Below are positions 30,001 through 42,000 of a DNA stretch of 64,000 nucleotides, piece by piece. Numbering within the stretch: position 1 is the first letter of the stretch; every line of letters starts with the position of its first letter. The position numbers and the translations under genes are program-made. This DNA comes from Eledone cirrhosa. Taxonomy: Eukaryota. Location: NCBI GenBank assembly GCA_964016885.1, contig OZ024743.1, forward strand, positions 362,018,001-362,082,000. Reading direction: 5' to 3'. The notes beneath the pieces were generated by a model. The model was not told where the DNA came from, ran no database searches, and saw nothing but the letters and a program-made list of their open reading frames with translations.

Positions 30001-33000
30001 GTTATAACTAGTACACCTCACAGTAGAAACAATTGTTATATCTAGTACCGCACACAGTGGAAAAAATTGTTATGACTAGTACAGCACACAGTGGAAACAA
30101 TTGTTATAACTAGTACACCTCACAGTAGAAACAATTGTTATATCTAGTACCGCACACAGTGGAAAAAATTGTTATAACTAGTACAGCACACAGTGGAAAC
30201 AATTGTTATAACTAGTACAGCTCACAGTGCAAACAATTCTTATAACTAGTACAGCACACAGTGGAAACAATTGTTATAACTAGTACAGCTCACAGTGGAA
30301 ACAATTGTTATAACTAGTACAGATGACAGTGGAAACAATTGTTATAACTAGTACAGCTGACAGTGGAATCAATTGTTATAACTAGTACAGCACACAGTGG
30401 AAACAATTGTTATAACTAGTACAACTGACAGTGGAAACAATTGTTATAACTAGTACAGCACACAGTGGAAACAATTGTTATAACTAGTACAGCACACAGT
30501 GCAAACAATTGTTATAACTAGTACAGCTCACAGTGCAAATAATTGTTATAACTAGTACTGCTCACAGTGGAAACAATTGTTATAACTAGTACAGCTCACA
30601 GTGGAAACAATTGTTATAACTAGTAGAGCACACAGTGGAAATAATTGTTATAACTAGTACAGCACACAGTGCAAACAATTGTTATAACTAGTACAGCTCA
30701 CAGTGCAAACAATTGTTATAACTAGTACAGATCACAGTGCAAACAATTGTTATAACTAGTACAGCACACAGTGGAAACAATTGTTATAACTAGTACAGCT
30801 CACAGTGGAAACAATTGTTATAGCTAGTACAGCACACTGTGCAAACAATTGTTATAACTAGTACAGCACACAGTGGAAACAATTGTTATAACTAGTACAG
30901 CTCACAGTGGAAACAATTGTTATAACTAGTACAGCACGCTGTGCAAACAATTGTTATAACTAGTACAGCACACAGTGGAAACAATTGTTATAACTAGTAC
31001 AGCTCACAGTGGAAACAATTGTTATAACTAGTACAGCTCACAGTGGAAACAATTGTTATAACTAGTACAGCTCACAGTGGAAACAATTGTTATAACTAGT
31101 ACAGCTCACAGTGCAAACAATTGTTATAACTAGTACACCACACAGTGGAAACAATTGTTATAACTAGTACAGCACACAGTGCAAACAATTGTTATAACTA
31201 GTACAGCACACAGTGGAAACAATTGTTATAACTAGTACAGCACACAGTGCAAACAATTTTTATAACTAGTACAGCACACAGTGGAAACAATTGTTATAAC
31301 TAGTACAGCTGACAGTGGAAACAATTGTTATAACTAGTACAGCACACAGTGGAAACAATTGTTATAACTAGTACAGCTCACAGTGCAAACAATTGTTATA
31401 ACTAGTACAGCACACAGTGGAAACAATTGGTATAACTAGTACAGCACACAGTGGCAACAATTGTTATAACTAGTACAGCACACAGTGAAAAAAATTGTTA
31501 TAACTAGTACAGCACACAGTGCAAACAATTGTTATAATTAGTACAGCACAGAGTGGAAACAATTGTTATAATTAGTACAGCTCACAGTGGAAACAATTGT
31601 TATAACTAGTACAGCACACAGTGGAAACAATTGTTATAAATATTACAGCTGACAGTGGAAATAATTGTTATAACTAGTACAGCACACAGTGGAAACAATT
31701 GTGATAACTAGTACAGCACACAGTGGCAACAATTGTTATAACTAGTACAGCACACAGTGCAAACACTTGTTATAACTAGTACAGCACACAGTGCAAACAA
31801 TTGTTATAATTAGTACAGCTCACAGTGGAAACAATTGTTATAACTAGTACAGCTCACAGTGGAAACAATTGTTATAACTAGTACAGCTGACAGTGGAAAC
31901 AATGGTTATAACTAGTACAGCACACAGTAGAAACAATTGTTATAACTAGTACAGCTCACAGTGGAAACAATTGATATAACTAGTACAGCACACAGTGAAA
32001 ACAATTGTTATAACTAGTACAGCTCACAGTAGAAACAATTGTTATAACTAGTACCGCACACAGTGGAAAAAATTGTTATAACTAGTACAGCACACAGTGG
32101 AAACAATTGTTATAACTAGTACAGCTCACAGTGCAAACAATTCTTATAACTAGTACAGCACACAGTGGAAACAATTGTTATAACTAGTACAGCTCACAGT
32201 GGAAACAATTGTTATAACTAGTACAGATGACAGTGGAAACAATTGTTATAACTAGTACAGCTGACAGTGGAAACAATTGTTATAACTAGTACAGCACACA
32301 GTGGAAACAATTGTTATAACTAGTACAGCACACAGTGCAAACAATTGTTATAACTAGTACAGCTCACAGTGCAAATAATTGTTATAACTAGTACTGCTCA
32401 CAGTGGAAACAATTGTTATAACTAGTACAGCTCACAGTGGAAACAATTGTTATAACTAGTACAGCACACAGTGGAAATAATTGTTATAACTAGTACAGCA
32501 CACAGTGCAAACAATTGTTATAACTAGTACAGCTCACAGTGCAAACAATTGTTATAACTGGTACAGCTCACAGTGCAAACAATTTTTATAACTAGTACAG
32601 CACACAGTGCAAACAATTGTTATAACTGGTACAGCTCACAGTGCAAACAATTGTTATAACTAGTACTGCACACAGTGGAAACAATTGTTATAACTAGTAC
32701 AACACACAGTCGAAACAATTGTTATAACTAGTACAGTACACAGTGGAAATAATTGTTATAACTAGTACAGCACACAGTGCAAACAATTGTTATAACTAGT
32801 ACAGCTCACAGTGCAAACAATTGTTATAACTAGTACAGCTCACAGTGGAAACAATTGTTATAACTAGTACAGCTGACAGTGGAAACAATTGTTATAACTA
32901 GTACAGCTGACAGTGGAAACAATTGTTATAACTAGTACAGCTCACAGTGCAAACAATTGTTATAACTAGTACAGCTCACAGTGGAAACAATTGTTATAAC

Positions 33001-35659
33001 TAGTACAGCTGACAGTGGAAACAATTGTTATAACTAGTACAGCTGACAGTGGAAACAATTGTTATAACTAGTACAGCTCACAGTGCAAACAATTGTTATA
33101 ACTAGTACAGCTCACAGTGGAAACAATTGTTATAACTAGTACAGCTCACAGTGGAAACAATTGTTATAACTAGTACAGCACACAGTGGAAACAATTGTTA
33201 TAACTAGTACAGCTCACAGTGGAAACAATTGTTATAACTAGTACAGCTGACAGTGGAAACAATTGTTATAACTAGTACAGCACACAGTGGAAACAATTGT
33301 TATAACTAGTACAGCACACAGTGGAAACAATTGTTATAACTAGTACAGCTCACAGTGGAAACAATTGATATAACTAGTACAGCACACAGTGGAAACAATT
33401 GTTATAACTAGTACAGCACACAGTGGAAGCAATTGTTATAACTAGTACAGCTCACAGTGGAAACAATTGTTATAACTAGTACAGCACACAGTGCAAACAA
33501 TTGTTATAACTAGTACAGCACACAGTGCAAACAATTGTTATAACTAGTACTGCACACAGTGGAAACAATTGTTATAACTAGTACAACACACAGTCGAAAC
33601 AATTGTTATAACTAGTACAGCTCACAGTGGAAACAATTGTTATAACTATTACAGCTCACAGTGGAAACAATTGTTATAACTAGTACAGCTGACAGTGGAA
33701 ACAATTGTTATAACTAGTACAGCTGACAGTGGAAACAATTGTTATAACTAGTACAGCTGACAGTGGAAACAATTGTTATAACTAGTACAGCACACAGTGG
33801 AAACAATTGTTATAACTAGTACAGCACACAGTGGAAACAATTGTTATAACTAGTACAGCTCACAGTGGAAACAATAGTTATAACTAGTACAGCTCACAGT
33901 GGAAACAATTGTTATAACTAGTACAGCACACTGTGCAAACAATTGTTATAACTAGTACAGCACACAGTGGAAACAATTGTTATAACTAGTACAGCTCATA
34001 GTGGAAACAATTGTTATAACTAGTACAGCACACAGTGGAAACAATTGTTATAACTAGTACAGCCTACAGTGGAAACAATTGTTATAACTAGTACAGCTCA
34101 CAGTGGAAACAATTGTTATTACTAGTACAGCTCACAGTGGAAACAATTGTTATAACTAGTACAGCACACTGTGCAAACAATTGTTATAACTAGTACAGCA
34201 CACAGTGGAAACAATTGTTATAACTAGTACAGCTCACAGTGGAAACAATTGTTATAACTAGTACAGCACACTGTGCAAACAATTGTTATAACTAGTACAG
34301 CACACAGTGGAAACAATTGTTATAACTAGTACAGCTCACAGTGGAAACAATTGTTATAACTAGTACAGCTCACAGTGGAAACAATTGTTATAACTAGTAC
34401 AGCTCACAGTGGAAACAATTGTTATAACTAGTACAGCTCACAGTGCAAACAATTGTTATAACTAGTACACCACACAGTGGAAACAATTGTTATAACTAGT
34501 ACAGCACACAGTGCAAACAATTGTTATAACTAGTACAGCACACAGTGGAAACAATTGTTATAACTAGTACAGCACACAGTGCAAACAATTTTTATAACTA
34601 GTACAGCACACAGTGGAAACAATTGTTATAACTAGTACAGCTGACAGTGGAAACAATTGTTATAACTAGTACAGCACACAGTGGAAACAATTGTTATAAC
34701 TAGTACAGCACACAGTGGAAACAATTGTTATAACTAGTACAGCACACAGTGGAAACAATTGTTATAACTAGTACAGCACACAGTGCAAATAATTGTTATA
34801 ATTAGTACAGCACACAGTGCAAACAATTGTTATAACTAGCACAGCACACAGTGGAAACAATTGTTATAACTAGTACAGCACACAGTGCAAACAATTGTTA
34901 TAACTAGTACAGCACACAGTGCAAACAATTGTTATAACTAGTACAGCACACAGTGGAAACAATTGTTATGACTAGTACAGCTCACAGTGGAAACAATTGT
35001 TATAACTAGTACAGCACACAGTTGAAACAATTGTTATAACTAGTACAGCACACAATGGAAACAATTGTTATAACTAGTACAGCTCACAGTGCAAACAATT
35101 GTTATAACTAGTACAGCACACAGTGCAAACAATTGTTATAACTAGTACAGCTCACAGTGGAAACAATTGTTATAACTAGTACAGCACACAGTGGAAACAA
35201 TTGTTATAACTAGTACAGCACACAGCAATTGTTATAACTAGTACAGCACACAGTGGAAACAATTGTTATAACTAGTACAGCTCACAGTGGAAACAATTGT
35301 TATAACTAGTACAGCACACAGTGGAAACAATTGTTATAACTAGTACAGCACACAATGGAAACAATTGTTATAACTAGTACAGCTCACAGTGCAAACAATT
35401 GTTATAACTAGTACAGCACACAGTGGAAACAATTGTTATAACTAGTACAGCACACAGTGGAAGCAATTGTTATAACTAGTACAGCACACAGTGGAAACAA
35501 TTGTTATAACTAGTACAGCACACAGTGCAAACAATTGTTATAACTAGTACAGCACACAGTGCAAACAATTACTATAACTAGTACAGCACACAGTGCAAAC
35601 AATTGTTATAACTAGTACAGCACACAGTGGAAACAATTGTTATAACTAGTACAGCACAC
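1..35659. repeat. 34-bp tandem satellite array, ~1050 monomers in the window, running off the 5' edge
   Basis: Uninterrupted head-to-tail CAGTG(G/C)AAACAATTGTTATAACTAGTACAGC(ACA/TCA/TGA) with rare point variants and small indels; ends abruptly at ...ACAGCACAC|GTGAG. Confidence 0.99.
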
Positions 35660-35744
35660 GTGAGTTCCAACAGGGAACTCTGTAATACAAAAACATTTTC
35701 TCATTTCAGCGAGTTCCTGCGTTTACTTTGGTTCACCTATTGGA

Positions 35745-36095
35745 ATGGATCTTCGACAGTCTCTACGATGTGTGTTAACCTTAGTTGACCAACGCAAAAG
35801 CGTCAACGTGAAATTGAAGAGTAAGTTGGCGAGCAATCTACTGTCGCATGTACCCCTCACGTAATTCTTAGCGAGATTCAACATGACATTTTGCGTGTAA
35901 AAGGGCTGGACCGTTGAATTGCAGGTACAGTCTAATCGATGGACTTCTAAATAGTTTCCATCCACACAATTTTACTCACAACTCTTGGTTCGACCCAAGG
36001 CTATGCTAAATGAACTTTGCCTCAAATGCCACGCTGTAGTATCGAACCCGGAACCTAAAGATTGCGAAGGGAACTTCTTGATTATTTGGCCCCGT
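35745..36095 (-). mobile_element. Decayed tRNA-derived SINE (family A)
   Basis: Reverse complement has a B-box-like GGTTCGATAC, and a body (GGAAACTATTT...AATTACGT...AATTTCACG) matching + strand copies at ~54265-54530 and ~56230-56510. Boundaries approximate. Confidence 0.6.
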
Positions 36096-36759
36096 TGCAT
36101 CAACCATCGCTTGATCTAACAATCAACCATCGACAGAAAATCATGAAGCTAATTAAGTGTAGAATTTAAATGTGTGAAGAAAGAGCCGGTTATATTTACA
36201 AAGTCTTGCAACTTAAATAGGTAAATCAGAATTCAAATTTACTGCATGCTCTAAAAATTCATTCATATAATCATATAATAGTCCAAACACTCACCACTGT
36301 TAAAATACACACACACACATATATATATATATACGAAGAAACAAAAACAAAAATTAAATTAAACTTCTATCGACCTGTACTTATTGATTGTGTTTATAGA
36401 TTGCTTAAGGGATTTTCACATATAAAACTGTTAAACTTCTACCTCTCTCTATATATTTCATTATCACCCTATATTTTTACGCTTTTCATTCGTCACTGCT
36501 GTCGCAAGTCTCTGTCTCTTCTTTTTCTCCTTTCTGACTCTCTCCCTCTCCCTCTCTCTCTCTCTCTCTCTTTCTCTTTCTTTTTTTCTCTTTCTCTTTC
36601 TCTCTCTCTCTCTGTTAGTCTCAGATAGCTCTCATATCCAAATATTCTGGAATAAAGATGTAAATTCACCCAGAATCCAAACTACTTTTTATATTTAACA
36701 ATACAATTTGAATTTTCTCTTAAGTAATATTTACAGTACCGTAGTATAAATTAGATTTG

Positions 36760-36900
36760 GAACCGTTTAAGCATCTTCAAAATAGAAAGGCCTGTTTCCT
36801 TTTCAGACCAATATAGTATACGCTTCTCCAAAACTTACTAACACTCTACAAAACTCATGTGAGACCCGCACTGAATGATCAAGTGTAAAGATGAACCTCA
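36760..36900 (+). mobile_element. Highly decayed CR1/L2/Jockey-like LINE RT fragment
   Basis: One frame reads LLTLYKTHVRPAL, resembling the LYKxxVRPxLEY motif C-terminal to the RT core; stops in all frames. Confidence 0.4.
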
Positions 36901-37270
36901 AGAACATAAGTGCTGCTCTAACATATCATCTAGTTTGTTGATCTCCAGAATGCATACCCTCACCCCTTTGGAAGGGGGACACTCAAACGGGGCGCAGAAA
37001 GGTAAGAGCATGGTAGACGTTCGTTGTAAAGGAAGGTGAGATAAGAGAGAAAGAATAAAATTGTCGGTTGAATAAGTTTTGATTAACTTCACAGTGGGGT
37101 ACTGATTAATAATATTCTCGAAAATGAGATTGGTAGTTGAAAAATGTTTGGCAAACACTAATGTATTTAAACCTTCAATCAAATGACAGGTGCAATGTTT
37201 TAGTAATGGTGGAAGGAACAAGATGAAAAACATTTTTTATTGTTTAGTTCCAGATAAAAACATAAAAACA

Positions 37271-37271
<1 letters not shown>

Positions 37272-37301
<30 letters not shown>

Positions 37302-37350
37302 AAGAAGAAGAAGAAGAAGAAGAAGAAGAAGAAGAAGAAGAAGAAGATGA

Positions 37351-37384
<34 letters not shown>

Positions 37385-37391
37385 GGTGGTG
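37272..37391. repeat. Compound microsatellite (GAA)n(GAT)n(GGT)n
   Basis: Directly visible. Confidence 0.95.
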
Positions 37392-37959
37392 ATCAGGATA
37401 AGGGTAATGATAATGAGACGGATGTTTGTAACGTTGGTTGCTGTGGCAATAATGTCAAGCTGATACACTTGATGGGGTTGGGAAAGATTTATATATACAT
37501 ATATTAATTAGTATTCGTATTGGTGCCGGTTGTAGTATTAACGGTAGTGATTGATGGGAATCCTAATCGTCGTTGAAATGTTGATAGTAATAGTGAAAGC
37601 AATGGAGGAGGCGGAGGAACTTCATGTTGCAATTGTTCACGTGGAATATGTCCTGTCATTCCCGACATCGCATGAATCTACTGGTTGTTGTTAACGTTGT
37701 CAATTCACACAAATCATTCCGATTTTAGCCATCCCATCTTTTTGTAAATATAGAAATGGATTGGCTAATTTGTCCTTCATACGAAATAATGTGATTTAAG
37801 GGCATTTAGATGTTATTTCTAGTAGGTTGAGCCATTGCATGGAAGCTCCCTCCTTATTGTGTATGGATAATGATGACAGTAGTGGTAGCGATGTTAATGA
37901 TAACGAAGATAACCCGTTATTTATTGTGACGATTATGACCATGAGGACAAGAACGGCCA

Positions 37960-37990
37960 TCAGAATCAGTAGCATCAGCAATAGCAATAT

Positions 37991-38029
<39 letters not shown>

Positions 38030-38260
38030 TAACACCAACATTGTCAGCAGCAATCACAAGATTGTTAACTTTATTCAACATTAACATCACTATCGTAAAC
38101 AACAGTAGCAGCAACATGGACATCATCATCATCACCGCCAGCAGCAGCAGCAGCAGCAGCAGCCCCAGTGGCAGCAGCATTACACCATCGTTATTATCAT
38201 TATCAGCATTCTCATCATCAGCATCATCATCATCGTCATCATCATCATCTTCGTCGCGGC
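37960..38260. repeat. (CAT)n/(CAG)n low-complexity tract
   Basis: Directly visible; accounts for the homopolymeric ORFs in the track. Confidence 0.9.
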
Positions 38261-38714
38261 AATTACGCCGATGACACGATTTTGAATGATAACCGCAAAA
38301 AACAGTAAGAGCAAGTAACACAAAAGTAATAATAACAACATAATAATCACAAGAATTCGGGCGACGTTGAAAAAAATAAAAATATAAACAAAAAAATTAC
38401 ATGAGACTAAGATAAAAACAGGACATCATCATCACCATCAGCGACAAGAAACTAAAGCAAATACATAAAAACACCAGTTACAACACTACTTTTAGAAACA
38501 CACACAAGCATTAACATCCAGACAAAAGTTTTGACAGCTCCATTTATATGATAAATAGGCTTAAAAGTTAATTAGTGTACGTGCATATATACATATGAGT
38601 GTATGCATATGTATCTAAATGTGTGTGTCTACATGTATATATATATATAACGAAGGAAAAGTGGTGGACCATAACGCACCAAAGTACTCAATACTTAGGG
38701 TAGTAGAGTGGGTA

Positions 38715-38841
38715 ATAGGAACAAGTAAGATCCCGACGGCTGAGCTCAAGCCGTTTCGACGGCTAATTCTGGACTCATTGAGTCCAGAATTAGCCGTCGA
38801 AACGGCTTGAGCTCAGCCGTCGGGGTCTTACTTGTTCCTAT
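38715..38841. repeat. 127-bp near-perfect palindrome (63-bp arms, 1-nt spacer), probably a fold-back Penelope-like 3' end
   Basis: ATAGGAACAAG...GGACTCA-T-TGAGTCC...CTTGTTCCTAT with one mismatch; (TA)n nearby on both sides. Confidence 0.9.
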
Positions 38842-38924
38842 ATATAATATATATATATGAAAAAATTCGGCACCCCGCTGGATGAGCTCCGGCCGTTTCG
38901 ACAGCTAGATACATATTTATATAT

Positions 38925-39075
38925 CATCATTCATTTTCGTTTTAAGTCCGCTTTTTCCCTGCTTGCAAGGGTGGGACGGGAACTGATTGTGGCTTGATTT
39001 ATACAGCTGGATGCCCTTCCTAACACCAACCTCATTTACAGTGAGTGCTGGGTGCTTTTTTTGCCGTGGCACCTC
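38925..39075 (-). mobile_element. RTE-related SINE/LINE fragment
   Basis: Reverse complement contains GGTTGGTGTTAGGAAGGGCATCCAGCTGTA, a motif I recall from RTE-associated repeats; short (ATG)n-like tail. Confidence 0.5.
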
Positions 39076-39147
39076 CACGACCAATTTGCAGTGGAATGAT
39101 ATTGACCCCAGTGTCTATCATCTCATTTCTACAGCTCATTTCCTTCG

Positions 39148-39207
<60 letters not shown>

Positions 39208-39359
39208 ATAGAGGTGTAACACACAAGTTATTATATATTGGTAAACGGAATAGAAAATGCTGACAAATTGTTCACAGTTGTAAAATGGTTTAATTAGGAA
39301 TAAAAGAGTATTAGTGATTGTATGGGTTAGTATTCAGATGTGGTTTTAAGTTTTTAAGT

Positions 39360-39396
39360 TTTTACCGGTTGCGCATTTCTAAATGCTTTTCAAAAA
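39360..39396 (-). ncRNA. Variant hammerhead motif, mirror copy in the left inverted repeat
   Basis: Reverse complement of 40637-40673. Confidence 0.5.
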
Positions 39397-39408
39397 TAAT
39401 TTTGAGAT

Positions 39409-39525
39409 AACTTCAGAATCTTTCCCCTCTACAAATTTAAACATAATGCCACCCACACCCAGCGCATCAGCAAGGAATCTTACTTCATTAACAAATACGG
39501 ACCCCGTCTAAACACTTCTCCCTAA
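39409..39525 (+). pseudogene. C-terminal remnant of PLE GIY-YIG endonuclease
   Basis: Translates NFRIFPLYKFKHNATHTQRISKESYFINKYGPRLNTSP*, fitting the R..KE.YFI.K..P.LN end of PLE ORFs. Confidence 0.7.
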
Positions 39526-39667
39526 GACGAACCCACAACATACACACGTCAACATACATACCTACATCAGCACACATCTCTACCCACATATAAACACAAT
39601 GACACACGTAAACACACATGCTCTATGGTGCAATACAAAAAAATATATGTGCATATATATGTATGTA

Positions 39668-39704
<37 letters not shown>

Positions 39705-39709
39705 AAAAA

Positions 39710-39757
<48 letters not shown>

Positions 39758-40060
39758 ATATAGTGAATATCATTTCACACCTTTTATTAAGATTGTTGAT
39801 GTTCTATTAAGAGAACCGATTTTACTGAAAAAATCGAATAATGTACACCATTTTACCAGGGGGGAAAAAAATACTGGTCCACCCACACACGCACACACAC
39901 ACACACACGCACACACACATATATACACAAACACATACACACGCGTACATCAACATACAAAGAGACTTATACACACACACACACACACACGCACTTCTCC
40001 GTATAAGACAAAAGCTGAAAAATATCTTTTGACCTTCGAATGACTCTGCTGTGTGTATGT

Positions 40061-40094
<34 letters not shown>

Positions 40095-40163
40095 ATCTTA
40101 ATAGCCATTTGACACACATCGCTGGTGGCTATTGTCGCAGCATCGAACACCCTACTACTACTA

Positions 40164-40315
<152 letters not shown>

Positions 40316-40636
40316 TTGTTGTGAAAGAGTCATTTCTCAATCTTGGCGCAAAACCAATTTTTTATCCACATGACCTCTACCGACCAATCAAAATTGTTTT
40401 GACCATAATTTTTGCTGGAGCCACTTTTCTAACATTTTAACATAAAAACAGTCTTGGCGCAAAATCAACTTTTTACATTCACATGACCTCTACCGACCAA
40501 TCAAAATTGTTTTGACCACAAGCATTTTTGCAACACAAAAATAACGCTGGAGCCATTTTTTTAACATAAAAACAGGTAGAATTCCCAAAACTAATCAGAT
40601 CAGAGCAAACAGCACGGACACTCTATCTCAAAATTA

Positions 40637-40673
40637 TTTTTGAAAAGCATTTAGAAATGCGCAACCGGTAAAA
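40637..40673 (+). ncRNA. Variant minimal type I hammerhead (U3-A8 core)
   Basis: TTT-TTGAAAA-GCATTT/AG/AAATGC-GCAA-CCGG-TA-AAA: perfect 6-bp stem II, palindromic stem III, GUA triplet; GCAA replaces GAAA and stem I is short. Confidence 0.5.
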
Positions 40674-40791
40674 ACTTAAAAACTTAAAACCACATCTGAA
40701 TACTAACCCATACAATCACTAATACTCTTTTATTCCTAATTAAACCATTTTTCAACTGTGAACAATTTGTCAGCATTTTCTATTCCGTTTA

Positions 40792-40871
<80 letters not shown>

Positions 40872-41010
40872 GGTTTATTGGTTCACCACTGGATAGAACT
40901 GGTCATTCCGTATAGTCAACCTTGATGTAATATTAGAGAGAGCACTCGACGTTATGTAACTCACCCATCTTCGTTTGTGTTGTCGGTGGTACGAGTACGG
41001 AGTTAATTAT

Positions 41011-41235
41011 TATAAAATAACAAGAGGCTGTTGAGGGCGGCCGACCGAACTAGAAAGATCTAAATGTTTGGCCTCCTTGTCTCTCAGCCTTTTCAGCCCC
41101 ATAGATTATGTCTATTATATTCCTTTGTTAAATTTCGCATACCTGATGATATTACCGAATTCATACTGAACCCGGTCATTGAAATGTTCATAGTATAATA
41201 AACCTTTAAGGAATTTCACCAGTCCAGCCTCCTGT

Positions 41236-41244
<9 letters not shown>
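41011..41244 (+). mobile_element. ~235-bp non-autonomous hammerhead-bearing element with 20-bp inverted ends
   Basis: TATAAAATAACAAGAGGCTG (41011-41030) vs CAGCCTCCTGTTATTTTATA (41225-41244), one mismatch; internal hammerhead; followed by (TA)n. Confidence 0.7.
41139..41196 (+). ncRNA. Type I hammerhead ribozyme, canonical core
   Basis: ATAC-CTGATGA (41143-41149)-stem II (ACCG/CGGT)-GAAA (41181-41184)-TGTTCA-TA-GTAT; stem I ATAC/GTAT, extendable by TTCCTT/AAGGAA; AUA triplet at 41190-41192. Confidence 0.8.
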
Positions 41245-41271
<27 letters not shown>

Positions 41272-41369
41272 CAATAATAGTTGTGAAGACTAAAATCCAA
41301 AGAGGACTTTGCTTATACTTTAATCTGTTTTTATTATATATATATATATTTATTTATTTATTTATTTAT

Positions 41370-41988
41370 GTAATAAACAACATAAGATAATTATTTCATT
41401 TACTAGTGGTTTCTTGAAAGCAGATATATCTGTTTTCAGCCGTCAGAATGAATAAAACATGGTGTTTTTATTAAATATGGATTTGAAAACAAAATATAAG
41501 AAATATGGAAGTGAGGCTGAGGAACAACGGGCGAAGAAGAAGAGAAAAAGAATACATATATATATAAAAACAATAAATATATAAACATAGACACACTCAA
41601 CCACGCGCATATACTTAAAAAGTACGTAACCGTATGTATCTACAGACATGGACAACATACATACAGATACATATACATGAAGTAATAAGAATAAATAAAT
41701 AAATGAATAAGAACAAAAAATACAAAGTCAAAAATAAAAATAAAAACGAAGGATACGTGTTGACGACGATAAGTGACAGGAGGAGGGGGGATAAAAACAA
41801 TTAAAAATAAACAGATACACGTTTTCAGGTTTCAGGTTGAAGGTGTTGTTGGTGCCTGTAATTTTGCCGTCGAAAGCTAGGGCTCGCCATCTTAAGCGTT
41901 TGACGACATCTTCCGCTTTTTGTAGGAGGAGCCTTTGGTAAATATGCTTGGAAGGAGTTGGAATGTTCTTCAGGGAGTAATTCAATTC
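41370..41988 (-). mobile_element. PLE fragment: ORF N-terminus, AT-rich region, hammerhead-like end
   Basis: NYSLKNIPTPSKHIYQRLLLQKAEDVVKRLRWRA resembles the pre-RT N-terminal region of PLE ORFs (YSxKNIPxP...RxRWxA); ends in an AT microsatellite. Confidence 0.65.
41395..41452 (-). ncRNA. Type I hammerhead-like motif (A9G variant)
   Basis: Reverse strand TTCATT-CTGACGG-stem II (TGAAA.CAGAT/ATCTG.TTTCA)-GAAA-CCACTAG-TA-AATGAA; 6-bp stem I. Confidence 0.65.
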
Positions 41989-42000
41989 CTATAAATCCAT

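Noticed and set aside
1-35659. CRISPR array (34-bp partly palindromic repeat)
   Set aside because: No spacers, no cas genes, eukaryotic context.
1-35659. Satellite as a tandem hammerhead: AGCTGACAGTGGAAACAATTGTT resembles AGCTGA...GTGAAACAATTGTT at 42651-42682
   Set aside because: The monomer lacks G8-A9, stem II and a stem I, and CTGA is only one of three variants. The SINE-junction match is longer. Kept only as a weak alternative origin.
35710-35820. 111-nt host exon (TTTCAG| ... |GTAAGT, one open frame)
   Set aside because: Most of it appears to be the antisense tail of a family A SINE, the peptide is unrecognisable and no partner exon was found. Exonisation cannot be excluded without RNA-seq.
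36807-37001. 195-nt exon with good splice signals
   Set aside because: Stops in all three frames; overlaps a decayed LINE fragment.
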